Positions 18,738 through 27,622 of a stretch of DNA of 64,000 bases are shown in pieces. The notes beneath the pieces are model-generated. The model ran no database searches. It was not told the origin of the DNA and saw nothing but the letters and a program-made list of their open reading frames with translations. Origin of the DNA: Acidobacteriota bacterium (GTDB taxonomy: Bacteria; Acidobacteriota; UBA6911; RPQK01; JAJDTT01); contig OZ253580.1 in the NCBI GenBank assembly GCA_965263035.1, positions 1,344,001 to 1,408,000 on the forward strand. Reading direction: 5' to 3'. The translations under genes were made by a program, and so were the position numbers. Every line of letters begins with the position of its first letter. Position 1 is the first letter of the stretch.

Positions 18738-20300
18738 ATGAATCATCCGAGGCTCGTGACCATCATCTGCGGTGTGGGCTGGCTGCTCCTGACTTCCTGT
18801 GGAAGCGCGACCGATCCGCCTTCCAGGGGGGCCAACGTCGTTGTCATCTTCGCCGACGATCTGGGCTACGGTGACATCGGCAGTTTCAACCCCGACTGCC
18901 CGTTCCGCACACCCAACCTGGACCGGATGGCGAGCCAGGGAGCCCGGCTGACCAGCTTCTACGTCCCCCTGCCCTACTGCGCGCCTTCACGAGGAACCCT
19001 GCTGACGGGCCGCTACCCGTTTCGCCACGGCGTCGTCTTCAACCCCGCGCCCGATGACGGACGCTCGGGCTTCGGCCTCCCGTCGTCGGAGGTCACCCTG
19101 GCGGAGGTCCTGAAGACTGCCGGCTACGCGACGGCGGCCTATGGCAAGTGGCACCTGGGCCACGAAGAGCCGTGGCTCCCCCGCACTCAGGGCTTCGACG
19201 AGTATTTCGGCATTCTCTATTCCAACGACATGTTTCCGGTACAGCTGGTTGGAAACGAGGAGGTGGTGGAATACCCCGTGGTGCAGGCCACCCTCACCCG
19301 TCGCTACACCGATCTGGCGCTTCGCTTCATCGAGACCAACCGGGCCCGCCCCTTCTTCGTGTATCTGGCTCATGCCATGCCCCACAAGCCTCTGGCGGTG
19401 TCCGATGACTTCTACACGCCCGAGAGCAGGGAGGATCTCTACGCCGATGTGATCGCCGAGTTGGACCACTCGGTGGGCCGGATCCTCCAGAGGTTGGACG
19501 ATCTGGATCTGTCAGAAGACACCCTGGTGATCTTCACCTCGGACAACGGCCCCTGGTACGGCGGATCCACCGGTGGCTTGCGGGGGATGAAGGGAAAGAC
19601 CTGGGAAGGGGGATTGCGGGTGCCCCTGATCGCTCGCCTTCCCGGTGTCATTCCCCCCGGAGTCGTCAACCCCGAGCCTGCTGGGACCATCGACATACTC
19701 CCGACGGTATGCGGGCTGACCGGAGCTCCCCTGCCGGAAAACCGCGTCCTGGACGGCAAGGACATCCTGCCGCAGCTCCGGGATGGCAAAGCCCCGAGCC
19801 CCCACGACGGCATCTATGGAATGAAGGGGGCGGCACTGTCCACGATTCGCTCGGGCCGGTGGAAGCTCCATGTTCGAAGCCCGGGGCCGCGGCGATACGC
19901 CGATTCGTCGGCGGAGGAGCTGGCACAGTGGGTCGACCGCCGGGGACCGGACGGAGTCACAATCCTGGCTCCCTATGAGCAGCCCAAGCCCGACCAATAC
20001 CCCGGCTTGATCAGCGGCGATGGACCCGGCGACGGGATGCTCTTCAACCTCGAGAGCGATCCAGGCGAGCAACATGACGTGTCCGCTCAGCATCCCGAGG
20101 TCGTCCAGGATCTGATGACCCGATTCGAAGCGCTGGCGGCCCAGGTCCCGGAATTTCAGGGACCACCGCCCCACTACTACCTGTTTGGATCTCCTGCCGA
20201 GGGGGAGCCGAGACCCTTGATGCGGCTCATCGGCGGTGAGCTGCGATATGACGGGATTCCCAGGTCACAGCAGCATCTCTTGGCCACGCAACCAGAGTGA
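18738..20300 (+). CDS. Sulfatase (arylsulfatase A family), lipoprotein
   Basis: NVVVIFADDLGYGD, CAPSRGT (CxPxR), GKWHLG, SDNGP, GKTWEGGLRVP; lipobox LTSC. Confidence 0.93.
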   Translation: MNHPRLVTIICGVGWLLLTSCGSATDPPSRGANVVVIFADDLGYGDIGSFNPDCPFRTPNLDRMASQGARLTSFYVPLPYCAPSRGTLLTGRYPFRHGVVFNPAPDDGRSGFGLPSSEVTLAEVLKTAGYATAAYGKWHLGHEEPWLPRTQGFDEYFGILYSNDMFPVQLVGNEEVVEYPVVQATLTRRYTDLALRFIETNRARPFFVYLAHAMPHKPLAVSDDFYTPESREDLYADVIAELDHSVGRILQRLDDLDLSEDTLVIFTSDNGPWYGGSTGGLRGMKGKTWEGGLRVPLIARLPGVIPPGVVNPEPAGTIDILPTVCGLTGAPLPENRVLDGKDILPQLRDGKAPSPHDGIYGMKGAALSTIRSGRWKLHVRSPGPRRYADSSAEELAQWVDRRGPDGVTILAPYEQPKPDQYPGLISGDGPGDGMLFNLESDPGEQHDVSAQHPEVVQDLMTRFEALAAQVPEFQGPPPHYYLFGSPAEGEPRPLMRLIGGELRYDGIPRSQQHLLATQPE

Positions 20301-20412
20301 TACGCCGTTCTCGGTTGCCGGCGCCACCACTCGGCCCGGTCGCTGATCCTACCTGGCGGGGTTTTTCTTGATCGGAATATCGTCGAAGGATTAGCAGTGA
20401 CCTTCACGCGGT

Positions 20413-20477
20413 AGAAGGAGACTGTCCCTTTTTGGGTCGGTCCCTTTTTGGGCCGGCGAGAAGAAACAGACTGTCCC
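20413..20477 (+). repeat. GACTGTCCC motif locus 4 (stuttered)
   Basis: AGAAGGAGACTGTCCCTTTTTGGGTCG, then GTCCCTTTTTGGGCCG, then GAAGAAACAGACTGTCCC. Confidence 0.78.
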
Positions 20478-20562
20478 TGTCAGGGGAAGGTAGCCGATCT
20501 CATCCACCACCAGGAGTGCCGGATGGGACAGGGTCTCGAGACGGTGGTTGAGCCGGCCCGCA
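20478..20562 (-). pseudogene. istB: Internal fragment of IS21-family IstB helper ATPase
   Basis: Minus strand reads AGRLNHRLETLSHPALLVVDEIGYLPLT, the Walker B region LLVVDEIGYLP characteristic of IstB. No other part of an IS21 element is seen in the window. Confidence 0.75.
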
Positions 20563-20624
20563 GTTTTCGTTTTCGAACTTTGAGCCTATACTCGACCCGG
20601 TCCGAACCGGAGGTGGAGAATCGA

Positions 20625-21647
20625 ATGTCGTTTTGCAAGCCAATCTTTCCCTTGCTCCTGGTCGCGTCCCTGGCCGCCGGCTGCGGGGCGCCGGGCGCCC
20701 AATTGGTCTCGGTCCGGAAGATCTGGGACCGGGCTCCCCATAGCGCGTTCACCGATCTGGTCCGCTTCCAGGACCGCTGGTACTGCATTTTCCGCGAGGG
20801 AGAGAGTCATGTCTCCTCCGACGGGACCATCCGGGTCATCAGCTCGGCGGATGGAGAGACGTGGTCCTCCAGTGCCCACTTTCCCCGGGAACCGGGACAG
20901 GACCTGAGAGACCCCAAGCTGGAAGTGACCCCGGACGGGCGTCTCATGGCGCTGGCTCTGGACCGGCGGGATCTGGCCGAGGATGTCTTGGAGTTCTACT
21001 CACTGGTCTGGTTTTCCCCGGACGGGACACAGTGGAGCCCCCCTCTGCGGGTCGCCGAGCCCGACTTCCTGCTCTGGCGGGTCACTTGGCATGAGGGAAC
21101 GGCCTACGGTGGAGGCTATGCCGACCACCGGGCCGCCGGCCACCGGCCGACACAGGACGAGTTCGTCCGCCTCTACAAGAGCGAAGATGGGCTCCGGTTC
21201 GAGACCCTGGTTCCGGTCCTCTTCGCTCGCGGGTCGCCCAACGAAACCGCCATCGTGTTCCGGGACGATGGAACCGCAGTCTGCCTGTTGCGGCGCGACG
21301 GGGAGGAGAACAGCGCGCAGATCGGAACCGCGGAGCCGCCGTACACGGAGTGGAACTGGAAGGATCTGAACGTGTTCATCGGCGGACCCGACCTCCTGGT
21401 CCTCCCGGATGGTCGGCTGGTGGCGTCCGGCCGCCGGCACCTTCCCGGCGGCGAGCGGCGGACCCTCCTCTGGTGGGTGGACCCGGAGGCAGCGACGGCA
21501 ACGGAGATTCTGGAGCTGCCGTCCGCGGGAGACACCAGCTACGCCGGAATGGTCCTGCACCAGGGGCTCCTCTGGATCAGCTATTACTCGACCCACGAAG
21601 ACAAGACCAGCATCTACCTCGCCAAGGTGGTCCTGCCCGCCGCCTGA
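20625..21647 (+). CDS. BNR/Asp-box sialidase-like lipoprotein
   Basis: Lipobox AAGC, HSAFTDL, FREG, Asp boxes SADGETW, SPDGTQW and SEDGLRF, DLRDPKL, GDTSY, SYYSTHE. Confidence 0.8.
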   Translation: MSFCKPIFPLLLVASLAAGCGAPGAQLVSVRKIWDRAPHSAFTDLVRFQDRWYCIFREGESHVSSDGTIRVISSADGETWSSSAHFPREPGQDLRDPKLEVTPDGRLMALALDRRDLAEDVLEFYSLVWFSPDGTQWSPPLRVAEPDFLLWRVTWHEGTAYGGGYADHRAAGHRPTQDEFVRLYKSEDGLRFETLVPVLFARGSPNETAIVFRDDGTAVCLLRRDGEENSAQIGTAEPPYTEWNWKDLNVFIGGPDLLVLPDGRLVASGRRHLPGGERRTLLWWVDPEAATATEILELPSAGDTSYAGMVLHQGLLWISYYSTHEDKTSIYLAKVVLPAA

Positions 21648-21665
21648 GACCGTTCTCTCACCCTG

Positions 21666-21825
21666 GGAGCCTGCGCCGCAGAAATTGATCTACTACGAAA
21701 GCGATGAATCGGTCCATATTTCCTCGATTTCTCGGCGAATAGAACGACTATGCACCTCTAAATCGAGAAAATCTGGCCTCGATTCCCCACTTTCTCGCTA
21801 CGATCATTCCTGCGGCGCAGACTCC
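21666..21825 (+). mobile_element. ~163-bp MITE, copy 1
   Basis: Ends GGAGCCTGCGCCGCAGAAATTGATC / GATCATTCCTGCGGCGCAGACTCC; homologous to 23348-23508 and 32009-32169; abuts the TAG stop of the 21825-23288 gene. Confidence 0.88.
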
Positions 21826-23288
21826 TACCGGAACCGCAGCGAATAGAGATCCGCATCCTTCATGACGAAGCGCAGGCGCACCGGCTTACCGGCGATCCGG
21901 CTGAGATCACTACCCCCCATCCATGAGACCACCCGTTCGATCTGGTCCCCGATGAGCTGGACGGACTCGGCCGCCGAGAAACCGGCGATGGGACTCCCGC
22001 CGGGGTCCTGGATCTCCACCCGCAGGCTGCCGGCCGCCGAGGTGGCATAGTTGATCACCAGCTCGCTGCCGCTGAACCGGAGGGTCCTGGTGACCATCTC
22101 GCCCCCTTCGTAGAGAGCGCGGACCGACGAGAAGCCGTCCGTACGCAACACCATCCGCTCCAGCCGAGCGGTCTTCTGAGCGTAGTCCCGCTGGACGTAG
22201 AAGGACATCTCCGCCGGCCCGGTGGGGACCACTCCCAGCGCCGGGTAGTTGGTGCGCGAGGTCCGGTTGTTGAGGCCGATGCCGGGACGGACGAGGCTCT
22301 CCCGGAAGGTGAAATCATAGATCGTCGTGCCGGCCCGGCTGGTCAGGAGGACTCCGTCGGAGATGTCCCGAACCCTCCAGTCGGGATCGCGCGGAAAGTC
22401 GGGATCCGTACCCAGTTCCGCCGTCTGGGCCTCGTCCAGGACCCGGCGGCCGGCTTGAAACCGGCCCGGCAGGGCCACGTAGATGTGGGGCGCCCGGAAG
22501 TAAGGGTGGGTCTGATTGGTATAGAGATGCTGGGACGGGACCGTGCCCCCCGTATCGCTGTAGGTCATGAGGACGGGATCGGTCCAGTTGAGGAAGTCCC
22601 GGGAAGTGGAACGCGCCACGGCCCGGCGCCCTCCGACGGCGTGCCGGCAGTAGAGGACGTAAAGCTCCTCCGCCTCCGACCAGAACATCACGTTCTGGGA
22701 GTCGAAGTGGTTCCTCAGCTTCCGGGGGACGATCGCTTCGTCCCGGACCAACTTCCAACGAATGCCGTCGGCGGACACGTAGCCGAGCAGTTCTCCCTTG
22801 GCTTCCATGTTGGCCTTGTAACGCTCCGCCGCCGGCACGCCCGGGCGGCCGTCGATGAAGGGGCAGAACTGGTGTCCCGAGTCCAGGATCACGTTGTTCT
22901 CCCGGCTCCCCTGGGCCTCGAACAGACCGAGGGAAGGACGGGTCCAACGAATCCCGTCCCGGCTCTCGGCATAGCAGGTGTAGGACTGGGCCCCCAGGCC
23001 GCAGCGGTAGTACATGCGGTAGGTATCGCCGTCCTTGAGGATGGTGGTGTAGAAGGAGTACCAGTCCTCCCAGGGCTTCTCGTAGGAGATGGCGACGCCT
23101 CCGGGCCGGGGAACGTGCAGTTTCAGGCGGGTTCCCCGGAGCTGTCCGATCAGATGGTAGTCGACGAAGAGCTCCCGCCGGGAACCGATGTCCAACGACG
23201 CTTCGAAACCGGACTTCCCCCAAGCGGTTCCCGCCGCGGGAGACGACAACAGTGCCGCCGCCCCCAGAACCAACAGTCTCAACCTCAT
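21825..23288 (-). CDS. Secreted glycoside-hydrolase-like beta-propeller paralog
   Basis: Signal peptide MRLRLLVLGAAALL after a GGAGG RBS; IGSRRELFVD, CYAESRDGIRWTRPSLG, FDSQN, LRTDGFSS, GKPVRLRFVMKDADLYSLRF. Confidence 0.8.
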   Translation of the reverse strand: MRLRLLVLGAAALLSSPAAGTAWGKSGFEASLDIGSRRELFVDYHLIGQLRGTRLKLHVPRPGGVAISYEKPWEDWYSFYTTILKDGDTYRMYYRCGLGAQSYTCYAESRDGIRWTRPSLGLFEAQGSRENNVILDSGHQFCPFIDGRPGVPAAERYKANMEAKGELLGYVSADGIRWKLVRDEAIVPRKLRNHFDSQNVMFWSEAEELYVLYCRHAVGGRRAVARSTSRDFLNWTDPVLMTYSDTGGTVPSQHLYTNQTHPYFRAPHIYVALPGRFQAGRRVLDEAQTAELGTDPDFPRDPDWRVRDISDGVLLTSRAGTTIYDFTFRESLVRPGIGLNNRTSRTNYPALGVVPTGPAEMSFYVQRDYAQKTARLERMVLRTDGFSSVRALYEGGEMVTRTLRFSGSELVINYATSAAGSLRVEIQDPGGSPIAGFSAAESVQLIGDQIERVVSWMGGSDLSRIAGKPVRLRFVMKDADLYSLRFR

Positions 23289-23347
23289 GACCGAACCTCC
23301 ATTTCCGAGTCCGTTGCCGCTCTGCCGCCCTGCCCCCGGATCACCTA

Positions 23348-23508
23348 GGAGTCTGCGCGGTAGAAATGATCGTAGCGAGAAAGCGGGGAATCGAGGCCAG
23401 ATTTTCTCGATTTTGAGGTGCATAGTCGTTCTATTCGCCGAGAAATCGGGGAAATATGGACTGATTCTACCGCTTTCGCAGTAGATCAATTTCTGCCGCG
23501 CAGGCTCC
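23348..23508 (-). mobile_element. ~163-bp MITE, copy 2 (inverted relative to copies 1 and 3)
   Basis: Reverse complement of the same element; preceded by CTA. Confidence 0.88.
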
Positions 23509-23754
23509 TCGGGCCGGCTGAATTCCAGAGAGTACAGGTCCCCGTCCGGAATCACCAGACTCCGCGTGGACCGCTCCGGCGCTTCCCGCCGGGGCCACGG
23601 ACGGCCGGCGCGGCCCGTCGGTTCGAAGCGGCCCCGCCGCACCCGAGGACGCCCCTCGAGACCGTCCCTTTACGGCTGCCGCCAGGAAACGCCTTGTGCT
23701 AATCTCCGTGAAACCCAGTCGCATGATGCACGCGGTTATGAAGAGGAAACCGAA

Positions 23755-24657
23755 ATGAGAACTCTCTGTCTCCTGCTGGCGAGCCTGACGGCGGGCACTT
23801 CGGCCGTGGCGGGTGCTTCGCCCCCGTCGGCGCCGACCCACGCCGACGTGGCTTACGGACCGCACGCGCGCAACCGGCTGGATTTCTGGAAGGCGGAGGG
23901 CCAGGGTCCCCGCCCCCTCCTGGTCTACATACACGGAGGGGGTTGGACAGGGGGCGACAAGAAGCGGGACGAATCGAGCTTCCGGCCCTATCTCCAGAAG
24001 GGCATCTCCTACGCCGCCGTCAATTACCGTCTGACCCCCGGGTCCCCCCTTCCGGCTCCGGTTCACGATGCGGCTCGGGCCATCCAGTTTCTGCGCTGGA
24101 AGGCCTCGGAGTGGAATATCGACAAGAATCGCATCGCTCTGACCGGCGGTAGCGCGGGAGCGTGCACCTCCATGTGGATCCTCCTGCACGACGATCTGGC
24201 GGCCCCCCAGGCCGCCGACCCCGTACTCCGCGAGTCGACCCGGGTGACGGCGGCGGCAGTTCGTGGCGGCCAGACGTCCATCGACCCCAAGGTGATCGAG
24301 CCGTGGCTGGGCCCCAACGTCCTGAAGCACCGCATGATCAACATGGCGGTGGGCGAGAAGACCATCGAAGCCGCCCTGGCGAACTACCGGAAACACCGCC
24401 CGCTGTACGTCGAGTTTTCGCCCTACAATCATCTGACCGCGGACGACCCGCCGCTGCTGATGACGTATGGAAACAACATGACGCTCCCCTCGGAGGACGC
24501 GGGGCACGGAATCCACCACCCCGTGTACGGGATCAAGATGAAGGAGAAGGCCGACCGCCTGGGACACGAGTGCCATCTGCTGATCGAAGGCGTATCGAAG
24601 TCGGCGCAGTACGCCGGTGCGATGGAGTTCTTGATGGCGAAGCTGCTGGGTCGATAA
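23755..24657 (+). CDS. Alpha/beta hydrolase (HSL / BD-FAE-like esterase), exported
   Basis: Signal peptide, YIHGGGW, NYRL, GGSAG, DDPP, GIHH. Confidence 0.87.
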   Translation: MRTLCLLLASLTAGTSAVAGASPPSAPTHADVAYGPHARNRLDFWKAEGQGPRPLLVYIHGGGWTGGDKKRDESSFRPYLQKGISYAAVNYRLTPGSPLPAPVHDAARAIQFLRWKASEWNIDKNRIALTGGSAGACTSMWILLHDDLAAPQAADPVLRESTRVTAAAVRGGQTSIDPKVIEPWLGPNVLKHRMINMAVGEKTIEAALANYRKHRPLYVEFSPYNHLTADDPPLLMTYGNNMTLPSEDAGHGIHHPVYGIKMKEKADRLGHECHLLIEGVSKSAQYAGAMEFLMAKLLGR

Positions 24658-24699
24658 CCGGCGGCTTCCGGTCCGATTCAAATCCAAGGTGACAAAACC

Positions 24700-25926
24700 A
24701 TGATGAGCGCAGACGGCAACGGCTCTTCCCTGTCGCGGCTGATCGGCTCCCGGAAGCCCGGCCTCACCCTGGAGCAGCCGTTCTACAACTCATCGCGGAT
24801 CTTCGAGCTGGACATGGAGCGGATCCACTTGCGCCATTGGCAGTTCGTGGGCCACGTGAGCCGCCTGCCGGCCCCTGGGGACTATTTCCTCTACTCTCTG
24901 GGCGGCGAGTCGGTGGTGATCGTCCGGGACCGGGCCGGTGAAATCCACGCCCTGCTCAACGTCTGCCGGCATCGTGGATCCAGGATCTGCCGGGAGGAGG
25001 AGGGCTCGGTCAAGAGATTCGTCTGTCCCTATCACTCCTGGACCTACGGATTGGACGGATCCCTGATCTCCGCCCGGCACATGCCCCCTGACTTCGATCG
25101 GGCGGAGTTCCCCCTGCATCGTTGCCACGTCCGCATGGTGGAGGGGCTGATCTTCATAAGCCTGTCCCAGATCCCTCCGCCGTTCGATCCCCTCGCCCGG
25201 GACATCTCGACCCTCTTTTCTCCCCATGGCTGGCCGGCGGCCAAGACCTGTGCCCGCATCAGTCACGTCATCCGCGCCAACTGGAAGCTGGTGGCCGAGA
25301 ATTTCTTCGAGTGCTACCACTGCCTCCACACGCATCCCGAGCTGACCTCCGTCATGAGCTACGTCCGCGCCGGCGAGTCGAAGCGTTTCGGCGAGGAGCT
25401 GGACCGCTACACCTCCCGGTGGAAGAGGGAGATCTGCCGGACAGGTCACGATCCGAAGCCGTTCCAGCGCCCGGCGGGGATCCGGCAGCATGGGGGCCGC
25501 AGACCCATCCGCCCCGGCTATCTGACCCAGAGCCGGACCGGCCGGCCGGTCGCTCCCCTCATGGGGGACTACGACGCCTACGACGGGGGTGTGTCGTCCG
25601 TCATGTTCTTTCCCATCAATTGGCTGGTGGCCAGCAACGACTACGGAATGGCGACACGGTTCACCCCTCGCTCCCCCCGGAAGACCGAGGTGGAGCTCAC
25701 TTGGCTCGTGCACCCGGACGCCGTCGAGGGCGTCGACTACGATCCGGACGAGGTGACGTGGCTGTGGCTCAAGACGCTGGAAGAGGACCGGGAGATCTGC
25801 GAGAACAATCAGGCCGGCGTCAACAGCCGTTACTACCGACCGGGGCCCTACAGCAATGCGGAGGAGACCGTGGACCGGTTCTGCCAATGGTACCTGGAAG
25901 AGCTGGGCGTGAACTCCCAGCAGTGA
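24700..25926 (+). CDS. Rieske oxygenase alpha subunit (GbcA / Stc2-like quaternary-amine N-demethylase group)
   Basis: NVCRHRGS...CPYHSWTY Rieske motif, ANWKLVAENFFECYHC...HPEL mononuclear Fe motif, and WLVHPDAVEGVDYD typical of glycine-betaine/stachydrine oxygenases. Confidence 0.88.
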   Translation: MMSADGNGSSLSRLIGSRKPGLTLEQPFYNSSRIFELDMERIHLRHWQFVGHVSRLPAPGDYFLYSLGGESVVIVRDRAGEIHALLNVCRHRGSRICREEEGSVKRFVCPYHSWTYGLDGSLISARHMPPDFDRAEFPLHRCHVRMVEGLIFISLSQIPPPFDPLARDISTLFSPHGWPAAKTCARISHVIRANWKLVAENFFECYHCLHTHPELTSVMSYVRAGESKRFGEELDRYTSRWKREICRTGHDPKPFQRPAGIRQHGGRRPIRPGYLTQSRTGRPVAPLMGDYDAYDGGVSSVMFFPINWLVASNDYGMATRFTPRSPRKTEVELTWLVHPDAVEGVDYDPDEVTWLWLKTLEEDREICENNQAGVNSRYYRPGPYSNAEETVDRFCQWYLEELGVNSQQ

Positions 25927-25977
25927 GGAACGAGTAACAAGAGCCGGCCCGTCCAGGGACAGGTTTTCTCCAGACTC

Positions 25978-27180
25978 TCATTCCGCTACGAATTCCGACT
26001 CCATCAGCCGCAGCCGCACGCCGGCAATGATCTCCCGCTTGCCGCCGGTGCGAACCCCCGCATAGTGGGTGGTCAGCCAGATCTCGCCGGGCCGGCGTTC
26101 GAACAGGTAGGGATAGGAGAGCCAGCCTTCGGGTTGCCGGGCCACCATCTGGGGACGGGTCCAGGTCTTGCCGTCGTCTTCCGAGAAGGCGATGGACAAC
26201 TCTTCCCGCTGCCAGCTGCCGGGGATGCGGGAATAGGGGAGTCCTCTGCGCGCCCCGGGCCGGCGGTCCCACTCCTGGAGCGTCATTCCCTACCGGATGG
26301 AGCCGGTTCCAGGCCAGGATGAGACGGCCGCTTGACAGGCGCGGATCAGATGGCCCGGAGCGCTGCTGGCCTCGATGCCGCTGGGCCGGATCACCCGCCA
26401 GGAGCGACCCTCGTCCTGGGAGAACGCCTCCCAGAAGCGGTCCCAATTGGTGCGGATCAGGGTCCAGAGGCGGCCGTCCCGGAGCTCGACGAGAGTCGGC
26501 TCGATGGCCCCGTCGTGGTGCCCGTGTCCGCCCAGATCGATGAGGTTGCTCTGGGACCAGGAGCGGCCCGCGTCATCGGAGAAGAAGGTCGTGAAGCTGT
26601 GGCGCGCGGGTCCGCGCATCAGCTTCATCACCGGCACCACCACCCGGCCGGAGCGGGTCTCCAGAATGTCCACCAGAGCCCCGCAGTAGTCCCGGGAGAG
26701 GAGCTGGGCATCGATCCAGGTTTCCCCCTGGTCCAGGCTGCGCACGGACCAGACCTCGTTGAAGACGCCGGGGTCCGGTTCGTTGGTCTGGTTGTTCCAG
26801 CCCCATTTCCGCCTCCCGGTGTCCATGAACACCAACACCAGGGCGCCCCCACGGGTCTTCTGCAGGACGCGCCATTCCCGTTGTATTCCGGGATCCCGTT
26901 CCCGCAACACGGGCCCCTTGCTGCTCCAGGTGCGTCCGTCGTCGCTGGAGTAGTGGGCTTCGTTGCCCTCCACCGTCATGAGCCGGCCGTCTTCCAGCAA
27001 CACGAAGGGCCCGTCGCGGTCCGTGACCAGCTGCCGGGACTTGGGGTGGGTCCATTCGGCCCGCGTCGCCCCTCCCGCGAACCCTCCGGAGAGGCCCGCC
27101 GGCCAGGAGCTCAGCCAGACCAGGATGGCGAGTCCAATCGGCACGGTGGTCAGCTTCCGAACGGGATTATGCTCTGACAT
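25978..27180 (-). pseudogene. BNR/Asp-box sialidase-like protein interrupted by two compensating frameshifts
   Basis: Asp boxes SSDDGRTW, SLDQGETW, SDDAGRSW, SQDEGRSW and SEDDGKTW; GHGHHDGAIEP. The conserved segment LSSGRLILAWNRLHP lies in another frame between about 26340 and 26293, leaving a TAG at 26290-26292. Confidence 0.8.
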
Positions 27181-27460
27181 CCAAGAAGTTCCTTTCCACT
27201 GGTAAAGGCGGCGTTCCGGGTGCGGCTGGAGCCCCGCTCGCGCGGCGAGTCCAGGAGGGCGCGGCAACGGCATGCGTGGATCCTATTTTTGCTATCAATA
27301 GCAAAAACTTGGCTGAAATTGTCCATTGATAGAAAAATATTCGCTCAAGACCCCAAAACGACCGCAAGAGAGGGGAAGCTTTCGACTCCCCGAGGCTCAC
27401 TGCCGAATTTTTCAGTTTGGAATGTGAGACTTGGAATTTGGTTTTTGTCCGAAGGAGTTG

Positions 27461-27534
27461 TGGCTGGGGGACAGGGATTCGAACCCCGATAACGTGGTCC
27501 AGAGCCACGCGTGTTGCCATTACACCATCCCCCA
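27461..27534 (-). tRNA. tRNA-Gln (CTG)
   Basis: TGGGGGATGGTGTAATGGCAACACGCGTGGCTCTGGACCACGTTATCGGGGTTCGAATCCCTGTCCCCCAGCCA; anticodon arm CGTGG-CT-CTG-GA-CCACG, T-loop GTTCGAATC, CCA end. Confidence 0.96.
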
Positions 27535-27622
27535 ACCGGAGGGCCAAACCGGGCGCATTATAGCAAAACGGCTCCGTCCTGTCGGACTGCCGCACACCGG
27601 GGTGAGGAACGCGGATTCGGAG

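Noticed and set aside
9113-20477. CRISPR array or integron interpretation of the GACTGTCCC motif
   Set aside because: Copies are kilobases apart with no regular spacing, there is no cas or intI gene, and no attC-like structure.
23289-23642. N-terminal extension of the 21825 gene reading through MITE copy 2, like an in-frame RPE insertion
   Set aside because: The real start with RBS and signal peptide is at 23288. The insertion adds 163 bp, which is not a multiple of three, so in-frame insertion into proteins is not supported even though one frame is open.
16550-25972. Weaker motif look-alikes (GGGGGACTGTCC at about 16551, CAGTCTATCTGTCCCC at 18251, GGGACAGGTTTTCTCC at about 25956)
   Set aside because: Too short or degenerate to distinguish from chance without a genome-wide model.
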